Shown here in pieces: positions 1 through 8,041 of a DNA stretch of 64,000 nucleotides. Origin of the DNA: Ignavibacteriota bacterium. Its GTDB lineage: Bacteria > Bacteroidota > Ignavibacteria > UBA10030 > UBA6906. The translations under genes were made by a program, and so were the position numbers. The stretch spans positions 1,696,001 through 1,760,000 of the forward strand of contig CAWDEM010000008.1 of assembly GCA_963801355.1 (NCBI GenBank). The letters run 5' to 3'. The notes under the pieces are model-generated. The model had not been told where the DNA came from and ran no database searches. It saw only the letters and a list, made by a program, of their open reading frames with translations. Positions within the stretch are counted from its first letter, which is position 1. Each line of letters begins with the position of its first letter.

Positions 1-1051
1 CCTGACTCCCCTGCACACGCAGAGCCCAGACCTTCCGCGAACCATAGTCGCCATAGATGTATGCACCGCTGAGTTCGGGACGCCTGGATCCACGGTACAC
101 ATAACCACCGGTGATGGAGTTGCCAACGGTATGTGAATAGTCGACAAGCGGCAGCGTCAGGCCGTTCTGATTGCAGTCCGTTGCCGGATTGTAGCAGGAG
201 AATCCCTCCATGATGCGCCATCCGTAGTTCTTTCCCTTTTCAATGAGGTCAACCTCTTCTCTTGATCCCTGCCCCACATCGGCGGCCCAGAGTTGACCTG
301 TGCCACGGTCGAAGCTGAACCGCCACGGATTGCGCAGCCCGTATGCCCAGATCTCCTCCCGGTAGCCCTGCACATTTCCCGCGAAGGGGTTGGAGGCCGG
401 AATGAGGTACGCCGCATTCGGCGTCCTGCCGGAGACATCGATGCGGAGGATTTTCCCGAGAAGTGTTGCCAGTGACTGTCCGTTGTTCAGCGGGTCGCCT
501 CCGCTGCCGCCATCTCCCATCCCGATATACAGGAACCCGTCGGGTCCGAATGCAATCATCCCGCCGTTGTGGTTGGAGTAGGGTTGATCGATCTCAAGGA
601 TTTTTTCCTCGAGCGGGTCTGCCACCAAAGGATCCGCGGCGGAAACGCGAAACCTTGAGACCACCGTACGCAGCGGATTCGGGGCTGTGTAGTTGACGAA
701 GAAAGAGCCGTTGGACGCGTAGGCGGGATGAAAAGCCAGACCGAGGAGACCTTGCTCCCCTCCGGGAGAGCTGATCTTCCCGGAGAGATCGAGAAAGGTT
801 CCGGCGGCTGTGGCCGTGGAATCGTTCGGGAAGACTTTGATGATGCCATTTTGTTGAACGACGAACAGCCTGTTTGACCCATCTCCGGAATGGGTCAGGA
901 ATATCGGCTGTGTGAACGAGAGATTGGGGAACGCGTCGGCCAGCTGATACGGTTGAGCCGGGAGCTCAGCGGGAAAGGCGCCGAGAAACAGCAGGGCCAG
1001 GGCAGGGCCTATGTGCCATGGCCGCATGGAGTTACGCAGGTGTCGTTTCAT
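1..1051 (-). CDS. PQQ-dependent sugar dehydrogenase (glucose/sorbosone dehydrogenase family), 3' end beyond the window edge
   Basis: Not in the ORF track because it runs off the edge. Manual translation gives a signal peptide, then AFPNLSFTQPIFLTHSGDGSNRLFVVQQNG, NHNGGMIAFGPDGFLYIGMGDGGSGGDP, GKILRIDV, EIWAYGLRNPWRFSFD and SITGGYVYRG, all hallmark GSDH motifs. Start is ATG 1051 or the in-frame ATG 1027. Confidence 0.9.
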   Translation of the reverse strand, partial: MKRHLRNSMRPWHIGPALALLFLGAFPAELPAQPYQLADAFPNLSFTQPIFLTHSGDGSNRLFVVQQNGIIKVFPNDSTATAAGTFLDLSGKISSPGGEQGLLGLAFHPAYASNGSFFVNYTAPNPLRTVVSRFRVSAADPLVADPLEEKILEIDQPYSNHNGGMIAFGPDGFLYIGMGDGGSGGDPLNNGQSLATLLGKILRIDVSGRTPNAAYLIPASNPFAGNVQGYREEIWAYGLRNPWRFSFDRGTGQLWAADVGQGSREEVDLIEKGKNYGWRIMEGFSCYNPATDCNQNGLTLPLVDYSHTVGNSITGGYVYRGSRRPELSGAYIYGDYGSRKVWALRVQGSQ

Positions 1052-1148
1052 GCAAACTTCAACGCGGCATGGAGCGGCTTGGTTCCCGGAACAGATCTGC
1101 CTGTCACTCTGTTATAGAAGAACCATACTATCAACACGGAGGTAGGAT

Positions 1149-1811
1149 ATGCGAATCCGCTGGATGATTCTTTTTCTGGCTGTGGCAGCGATTTCAGTGG
1201 TCTTCATCAGACAACTTTCAACACAGCCGTCGTTCAACGGGGCAACCCCGGGGTGCGAGGGCAGCGGGTGCCACACGCTCTCAGGGAATGCGGTCACAGC
1301 GACAACAAGCAACCTCTCCGTCAGCATTACCGTCTCCGGAACAACTTCCAACGTCGCCGGAGAACTCGTGGACAGCACTGGTACCGTGGTTGCCGTGAAT
1401 AACGGCACATCGTCCAATCCGTTCACGCTCACCGCTCCCGGGCCCGGACGGTACCGTGTCAACGCCGGGTTCAAATCGCCGCAGCGCTCGTGGGACTCAA
1501 CGAACGTGCGAATCGGTCCCCTGGCAAGCGTGGCTGGCGAAGTGCCTCATGGGTTTGCGCTCGAGCAAAACTACCCGAACCCGTTCAATCCGTCCACGAC
1601 AATTCCGTTTTCACTCCCCGGCGCAACGGATGTCAGCCTGACGGCTTACGATCTGGCCGGTCACGAATTGGCCACGCTGGTAAACGGGAGGATGGAAGAG
1701 GGAAGGCACGCGGTACGGTTTGATGGAACGGGTCTTTCCAGCGGCGTCTACTTTGCACGCCTCAGCGCGGGTGGGCAAACTTCGGTTCTGAAGATGATTC
1801 TCGCGAAGTAA
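1149..1811 (+). CDS. Small secreted protein with T9SS type A C-terminal sorting domain and N-terminal CxxxxCH motif
   Basis: Signal peptide; GCEGSGCH; C-terminus LEQNYPNPFNPSTTI...SSGVYFARL...KMILAK; GGAGG upstream. Confidence 0.85.
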   Translation: MRIRWMILFLAVAAISVVFIRQLSTQPSFNGATPGCEGSGCHTLSGNAVTATTSNLSVSITVSGTTSNVAGELVDSTGTVVAVNNGTSSNPFTLTAPGPGRYRVNAGFKSPQRSWDSTNVRIGPLASVAGEVPHGFALEQNYPNPFNPSTTIPFSLPGATDVSLTAYDLAGHELATLVNGRMEEGRHAVRFDGTGLSSGVYFARLSAGGQTSVLKMILAK

Positions 1812-1814
1812 CGG

Positions 1815-3731
1815 TCAGTTTCGGTCCCTGTCCTCTGCAATCAGTAACGGCAACAACGTATCCATCTGCGAGAAATCAGGGATAATCAGATCGGCACCGG
1901 CCTCAATCAGCCTCTTGCGTTTTGATGTGCTCAGGCCGTAGCGCCGCACTTCGTCGCTCGCTATGCCGATGGCATACCCGCCCTTCTTGTGGGTCTCCCG
2001 GATTTCCACGGGGCCATCGCCGAATGTGAAGATCCGTTCGGGTGCGGCGTTGCCGATATCCTCAAGAATTCTTTCCAGCACCATCCGCTTTGCCTCTTTG
2101 GTGACGTCACCCACCGCACCATATACACGGGGGCCGAACAACCCGCGATAACCAAGACTGACAGCCTCACGCTCTACATCTTCCTGGTCGGTTCCGCTCG
2201 CAAGGTAGAGGACGATCCCACGCGCGTGCAGGGCCTGAAGAAAACCAACCGCATTCTTCATCGTGACGTCGGTAACATCGAGCTGGCCCAGCCGCAGCTT
2301 CTCCATTCTCACCCCCACCATCCGCAGGAGCTCCTGGTTGTACATCTTCTTGTAGCCGTGTTCATCGAGGATGTCACATTCTCCGACACATTTGAAGCGA
2401 CGCACGAGATTGACGAGCATTTTCATCTGCACGAGCGTTTGCATGCCGGTGGTGTTATCAATGGTGGAGCGAACGCTGGCAACGACATGATCGTAGAGAG
2501 CTTCATCGACATCCCGTTCCTTCGGGCCGAGGATAGCCTTCACCATCATCGGTTCCATAATCCCTTCCCATCCCTGACGGAGGGTCGAGATCGTGCCGTC
2601 GTGATCGAAGATGGCATGGGTGAACGTTCTGCTCCGCGGGAGAGTGCTGACGACTTCGATTTCGCTGCCCGAATGATAGACCGCCTTGCGGGGTTGCCGG
2701 GCAAGGTCCGGCCTGTAGCGACGGTCCGGATCAGATCCGATGCTCATGATTTCTTCCGGCGATGCCGTCCCGGTTTGCATCAGTTTTTGGACGGTGACGC
2801 CCGCAACAAGGTTGCCGAATTCCGCTGCCGCGACGTTTTCGGTGCCGACGGCCAGGGCAGCCGCAATACCGGCCAGGGTGCTGTCGCCCGCACCCACCGG
2901 ATCCACGGGAGACAAAATGAGGAGCCCCGGGATCTCCGTGAACCCCCGTTGATCGAACACCGCGGCACCCCGCTCGCCGCCGGTCATAAACACGCTGTTG
3001 CCCCAGCGCTGGAAAAGCTCGCGCGCGAAGCTTTCGATCTCCCCGGAGTCGATGGACTCCCAGTTGATTCCGCCTTTACCGCACAGTCGTGCAGCCTCGC
3101 GCAGATTCAATTTGCGGACGGCGTTCCCGTAGTCATTTGCATGGTGCCGCGAATCAACCAGGAACAGCGTGTCCGGGTGTTCTCGAATGAACTTCCCGAG
3201 AGTCTCCCTGAACCACTCGACATGGATGCCCCGGATCACCTGCTGGTTGATGATGACGACGTCGAGGTCCGGGAGTTGTTTCGAGAGGCTCTCCAGAAGT
3301 TGCGCTCCGGTTCTGGGGTGAATCTCGTTGAAGTTGCCGAAGTCCAGACGGGGCTGTTCCTGTTCTCTTTCGTACGGCTTCAGGTACACGTGCGTGTCCC
3401 ACTGTTCGCGCTGTACAACGAGACCCTCGACGGTCATTCCGCCAGACACGAGGATATCCCGCATTTCCTTGCCGTACGGGTCCTGGCCGACAACACCAAT
3501 TGCCGATACATGCCCCACTCCCATAGCCCGGAGGTTGTTTGCCACGTTACCAGCCCCACCCAGCGCGTAGCGTTGTGAGCGCACCGGGTGGGTTGCAAGT
3601 CCGGTTTCAACCGAAAGCTCTGAAGCTGATGGATCGAGCAGGAGATAGACGTCAAGACAAAAATCGCCGAGAATGCCGATCCGTGCCCGCTGGATGTTTG
3701 TGAGAAGTTCCTGAAGTTCGAGCCGATTCAT
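1815..3731 (-). CDS. PfkB/RfaE-domain-I-like carbohydrate kinase fused to a HAD-family hydrolase
   Basis: N-terminal GDFCLDVY, LGGAGNVANNL and DPVGAGD (PfkB signature). C-terminal FDHDGTIS (HAD motif I), ASGT and FGDGPVE. Confidence 0.85.
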   Translation of the reverse strand: MNRLELQELLTNIQRARIGILGDFCLDVYLLLDPSASELSVETGLATHPVRSQRYALGGAGNVANNLRAMGVGHVSAIGVVGQDPYGKEMRDILVSGGMTVEGLVVQREQWDTHVYLKPYEREQEQPRLDFGNFNEIHPRTGAQLLESLSKQLPDLDVVIINQQVIRGIHVEWFRETLGKFIREHPDTLFLVDSRHHANDYGNAVRKLNLREAARLCGKGGINWESIDSGEIESFARELFQRWGNSVFMTGGERGAAVFDQRGFTEIPGLLILSPVDPVGAGDSTLAGIAAALAVGTENVAAAEFGNLVAGVTVQKLMQTGTASPEEIMSIGSDPDRRYRPDLARQPRKAVYHSGSEIEVVSTLPRSRTFTHAIFDHDGTISTLRQGWEGIMEPMMVKAILGPKERDVDEALYDHVVASVRSTIDNTTGMQTLVQMKMLVNLVRRFKCVGECDILDEHGYKKMYNQELLRMVGVRMEKLRLGQLDVTDVTMKNAVGFLQALHARGIVLYLASGTDQEDVEREAVSLGYRGLFGPRVYGAVGDVTKEAKRMVLERILEDIGNAAPERIFTFGDGPVEIRETHKKGGYAIGIASDEVRRYGLSTSKRKRLIEAGADLIIPDFSQMDTLLPLLIAEDRDRN

Positions 3732-3786
3732 ATGTTTGTACCCGTACGGGTGGACTGCCTGATGAAGGGGTTATGGTGCGCGGGTG

Positions 3787-5682
3787 CTATCCGGGATAGA
3801 CGATGGTGAATCGTGTCCCGGCAGACCCATCCAGCTTGATAGTCCCGGAGATCTGTTCCGTCAGAGTCCGGATGATACTCATACCCATCGACGTCATGGT
3901 TCGATAATCGCTTCCGCGTGGGAACCCGGTTCCGTCGTCATAGACGTCCAGTTGGAGAGTACTTGCATTCAGACGCTTGAATGAAACAACGACGTTTCCG
4001 TTTTTCTGCTTCGTGAAGGCATGCTTGAGTGCGTTCGAGACGAGCTCATGGACAATCAGACCGCAGGGGACGGCCAGGTCAATCCCGAGCATGATCTTTT
4101 CCGCTTCGACACGCAGGTTTACACCTTCCCTGTACAGGGATCTGCTCAGCTCCCGGGCGACTGAATTCAGGTACTCATGGAAGTCGATCTGTGACAGATC
4201 CTCGGATCGATAGAGTTTCTCATGCACGAGTGCCATGGAGCGCACACGCCGTATGCTATCCGCATAGGCTTCCCGCGCCTGCCCGTCCGTCACGAGCTGT
4301 GACTGCATTCCCAGCAGACTGGAAATCACCTGGAGGTTGTTCTTGACCCGGTGATGAATCTCTTTGAGCAACAGCTCCTTTTCCTTCAAGGAATCGTTCA
4401 AGCGCCTCTCGGCACGTTTCCGTTCGGTGACATCCGACATGAATGCGACCAGGGCTTCGCCGTCGCTGAGTCCGACCCTGGCAGTGGTCATCAGGACATT
4501 GATGTGCGCATCATCTGATCTCGCAAACATCAGTTCCGCTTCGTGAGGAACCGGCGACGCGTCAATGGAGTCGTTGAATCGCACGTTGCCCTCCGAGAGG
4601 CTTTCCGGGGCCAGAAAATCTACTATGGGCCGGTCCTGGAGTGCGACACCCTCCGGCACCGACAGCATCGCATGGAGTGCGGGATTCGCATAGAGGATCT
4701 TTCCGTCGCGCAACATCGTAATTGCCACAGGGGCCGCTTCGATGAGGGTCTTGAATCGATTCTCGCTCTGCAGGAGTTCGGCCGCCCGCTTTTCCACCAG
4801 TACTTTCAGCAGTCGCGGCTGGCGTGCCATGTACCACACAAAAGCACCACCCAGCAGTGAGAGCAATACGCTGAGGAGGATCGTCGGGATGGTCTTTGCT
4901 TTGGCTTCCCACCCCCCACTGGGCGAGACCTCAATGGTCCACTCACCGTTGGGCACCTCAACTTTCGCGGCAACAGGGTCATCCAGCGCGATCTCCCCGT
5001 TGTAGAAAACGTGCTTCTTCCCCGACTGGGGGTCTTTACGAGACAACTGGTAACCATAGCCCTTTGCGGCCAACTCCTGAAGATTGGCATACTTCACGAG
5101 CGTAGGGACCCGGATGATGACAAGTGTGAAACCCCAGAAATATTCTTCCCCGTTACGCGTGAGAAATACCGGCCCCCTCCCGACAACCCCCACTCCCCCC
5201 TGAACAAGATTCAACGGACCGGCAAAGATCAGCGTGCGGTTCTGAATGGCGAGGAACGCTTCGTGCTTCTGAATGGAATCGGTCAGGATGTTGAACCCGA
5301 GCGCCCTCTTGTTCGCCTCGTAAGGAAAAACATGTTGCACCACTCCCCCGGGTGCAAGTTCGATTGCATCGATGGAACTGTAGGCGCGGGCGATACGGGG
5401 AGCAACGGAGTCAAACTTTGCAGGGAGGATGCCGTGTTCGACGCAGAGGGCCACGGTTTGCGTGGCGGAGAGTCCATGGATGAGAGCGGTACCGAGCTTA
5501 TCGCTCGCATCATTTGCCGCATTGGTCGCTTGCTGTATTTCATCATGCAGCTGCACCCTGTAGACCCAGTAGGAAACCAACCCAGTGCAGAGAAGCAATA
5601 CGATGGTGGCAATGATGCCGGCGAACGCGGGCGTTGTGAAGAGTCTGGCCAGACGCGCGCCAAAATTCGATGACGGGGGCAT
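3787..5682 (-). CDS. Membrane sensor histidine kinase (CHASE-PAS-HisKA_2/HATPase)
   Basis: Two TM segments around a CHASE-like region (AGPLNLVQGGVG), a PAS domain, H-box EIHHRVKNNLQVISSLL, ELVSNALKHAF and DDGTGFP. Confidence 0.9.
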   Translation of the reverse strand: MPPSSNFGARLARLFTTPAFAGIIATIVLLLCTGLVSYWVYRVQLHDEIQQATNAANDASDKLGTALIHGLSATQTVALCVEHGILPAKFDSVAPRIARAYSSIDAIELAPGGVVQHVFPYEANKRALGFNILTDSIQKHEAFLAIQNRTLIFAGPLNLVQGGVGVVGRGPVFLTRNGEEYFWGFTLVIIRVPTLVKYANLQELAAKGYGYQLSRKDPQSGKKHVFYNGEIALDDPVAAKVEVPNGEWTIEVSPSGGWEAKAKTIPTILLSVLLSLLGGAFVWYMARQPRLLKVLVEKRAAELLQSENRFKTLIEAAPVAITMLRDGKILYANPALHAMLSVPEGVALQDRPIVDFLAPESLSEGNVRFNDSIDASPVPHEAELMFARSDDAHINVLMTTARVGLSDGEALVAFMSDVTERKRAERRLNDSLKEKELLLKEIHHRVKNNLQVISSLLGMQSQLVTDGQAREAYADSIRRVRSMALVHEKLYRSEDLSQIDFHEYLNSVARELSRSLYREGVNLRVEAEKIMLGIDLAVPCGLIVHELVSNALKHAFTKQKNGNVVVSFKRLNASTLQLDVYDDGTGFPRGSDYRTMTSMGMSIIRTLTEQISGTIKLDGSAGTRFTIVYPG

Positions 5683-5804
5683 GAGTGCACCTCGAAGTTA
5701 GCTTCAGTCGAACAGGAGAAAAGTAAGGATGATGGCATCCAAAAGCAAAGAGTTGGGGAGGGGGGAGTCTTCAGACGTGTTGCAGAGTTGGGCAATCCAT
5801 CATT

Positions 5805-6881
5805 TCACGAAACCCCCATTTTCGAAGGGTAATATTCCTCGAGCTCCGTCCCTAAAATCTTCCCGGCAAGCACAACACTGTCAGCACCCGCGTAGGGGAA
5901 ATAGAGGTCCCCTTCGTAGAAGTATGCGCCGCAGACGAATACTACATTGTTCACCCCCAGGTCGGCGTCACCAGTCGTCTCTGCGGGCGTTGATGGTCGA
6001 AGAAGTGGTTCATCCCGCCTGACGATGAACTCCGGTGCACTGGGATCGGCAACGGCAATGCCCAGATCGTACTCACGATCACCGCTTGAACGTCTGTTCC
6101 CGATGTGATATAACACCAGGAAGCGTCCGTCAGGAAGCGAAATCGGAGGGGCTCCCCCGCCGATCCAGACATCCTTGAATTCAGGATTTGGCAAAGGTTT
6201 CATCACCACTCCCCGGCTTCCCCATTCCCCCGCGATGTCATCCGCCTCAGCACAATGAATTGCCATTGCATCCGGGCCTTCCATCGGTCGATGAAACAGC
6301 AGGAACTTACCGCCCACCTTTCGTGGAAACAACATGGCATTCTTGTTATCGATCACGTTGAACGCACCCCGGACCAACCCGTACTTTCGCCAGTGGACGA
6401 GATCTTCGCTGCCGGCCATGGCAATGCGTATGCTGTTTCTGTCGGCCCCCGATCCGTAGCCACAATAGCACATGTAAAATCTGTCGCCTATCCGCGTCAC
6501 GCGGGGGTCTTCCACGCCAAGGTTGTCATAAGCGCTGTCCGCAAGGAGTATCGGTTCGGAGTGCCTCGCTAATAGCTCAAGCCTGGGCGTGAGCACAGCC
6601 AGCCCTATTGCGGAACGCCGGTGATCATAGCTGGTTGTCGGCTCCCCTTGCGCTCGATAGAACAGAAATGTCAGAGACCGGTGCGCCGCAAGTTCCCTAC
6701 GGACTCCATCAGCAAACGGGAGAGCCGCAATGATCCTGTCCAGTGTCGCCCGATCCTCAACCAGCACAGACGCTGGGTTGAATACCACTTTGTTCTCCCA
6801 CGGATGGCTTTCTTCTCTCCGCAGGATGGGCCGGCCATTGTGAAGACGTTGCACTACCGGCAGCTTTCGAGAACCGTTCAT
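5805..6881 (-). CDS. GH130 glycoside (beta-mannoside) phosphorylase, paralogue 2
   Basis: VFNPA, GVEDPRVT (catalytic Asp), NKNAMLFP, HRP, GGGAPP, LYH, NVVF and YAGAD; no signal peptide. Confidence 0.9.
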   Translation of the reverse strand: MNGSRKLPVVQRLHNGRPILRREESHPWENKVVFNPASVLVEDRATLDRIIAALPFADGVRRELAAHRSLTFLFYRAQGEPTTSYDHRRSAIGLAVLTPRLELLARHSEPILLADSAYDNLGVEDPRVTRIGDRFYMCYCGYGSGADRNSIRIAMAGSEDLVHWRKYGLVRGAFNVIDNKNAMLFPRKVGGKFLLFHRPMEGPDAMAIHCAEADDIAGEWGSRGVVMKPLPNPEFKDVWIGGGAPPISLPDGRFLVLYHIGNRRSSGDREYDLGIAVADPSAPEFIVRRDEPLLRPSTPAETTGDADLGVNNVVFVCGAYFYEGDLYFPYAGADSVVLAGKILGTELEEYYPSKMGVS

Positions 6882-6927
6882 TGCGTACCCTGATTTCTGT
6901 TGTCTTTCACATTCTGCCCGAGGGTGT

Positions 6928-7986
6928 TCATTGGATATAATCTTTCAACTCCGCCCCACCGATTCGCCCCGCAAGCACAACGCTGTCGGCTCCTGCATAC
7001 GGGAAATAGAGATCTCCTTCGTAGAAGTACGCAGCGCAAATGAACACGACGTTGTGGACTCCCAGATCAGCATCACCCTTGATTTCGGCAGGTGTCAGAG
7101 GCCGAAGAAGCGGTTCATCTCTTTTCACAAAGAATTCCGGCTTGGACAGATCGGCAACGGCAATCCCCAGGTGGTATTCCACCTCGCCGTTCATGCGGCT
7201 GTTACCAATGTGATAGATGACCAAAAAGCGACCGTCGGGAAGAAGGATCGGAGGAGCGCCTCCGCCAACACGAGTTTCTTTGAATTCCGGATTCGGCAAA
7301 GGCTTCATCACCACACCGCGGCTTGTCCATTCCCCCAACACATCATCCGCTTCTGCAATGTGGATTGAAAACGCGTCTTTCCCCTCCATCGGTCGATGGA
7401 ACAGTAGGTATTTCCCTCCCACTGTGTGCGGGAACAGCATCCCATCCTTGTTGTCAATCAGGTTGAACGCGCCACGGAGCAAACCGTGCTTTTCCCAATG
7501 GACAAGATCAACGCTGCTGGCCAGCGCAATGCGCATCCTCTTCTTGTCCGTACCTGAATGATAGCCGCAGTAGCACATGTAAAATTTCTGGCCGATCCGC
7601 GTGACCCGTGGATCTTCCACACCGAGGTCGTCATACGAACTGTTCGGCAAGAGAATCGGTTCGGAGTGTCTGGCCAGCAGTTCAAGCCTGGGAGTGAGCA
7701 CAGCCAGCCCCAATGCAGAACGCCTGTGGTCGTAACCGGTCGTCGGCATTCCCTGCGCCCGATACAAAAGGAATGTGAGAGACTGTTGTGCCGCCAATTG
7801 CTTCCGGACGGCATCATCGAAGGGAAGCGCCGCAATGATTCTGTCAAGTGCCTCCCGATCCTCAACCAACACGGCCCCGGGGTTAAACACTACTCTGTTC
7901 TCCCACGGATGGTGTTCTTCTCTCCGCAACAGAGGCTGGTTGTTACGAAGACGATGTACAACCGGCAATTTCCGGAAACCTGTCAT
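6928..7986 (-). CDS. GH130 glycoside (beta-mannoside) phosphorylase, paralogue 1
   Basis: Same motif set (VFNPG, GVEDPRVT, NKDGMLFP, HRP, YAGAD); alignable by eye with the neighbouring paralogue over its full length. Confidence 0.9.
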   Translation of the reverse strand: MTGFRKLPVVHRLRNNQPLLRREEHHPWENRVVFNPGAVLVEDREALDRIIAALPFDDAVRKQLAAQQSLTFLLYRAQGMPTTGYDHRRSALGLAVLTPRLELLARHSEPILLPNSSYDDLGVEDPRVTRIGQKFYMCYCGYHSGTDKKRMRIALASSVDLVHWEKHGLLRGAFNLIDNKDGMLFPHTVGGKYLLFHRPMEGKDAFSIHIAEADDVLGEWTSRGVVMKPLPNPEFKETRVGGGAPPILLPDGRFLVIYHIGNSRMNGEVEYHLGIAVADLSKPEFFVKRDEPLLRPLTPAEIKGDADLGVHNVVFICAAYFYEGDLYFPYAGADSVVLAGRIGGAELKDYIQ

Positions 7987-8041
7987 TGTTCACCTTGGTA
8001 TGTGATGTCTGTTGATCCGAATGTCGTGGTTTCTTTTCAGT

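Noticed and set aside
1989-3578. 529-aa plus-strand ORF
   Set aside because: Antisense shadow of the kinase-HAD gene; no motifs; expected in GC-rich DNA.
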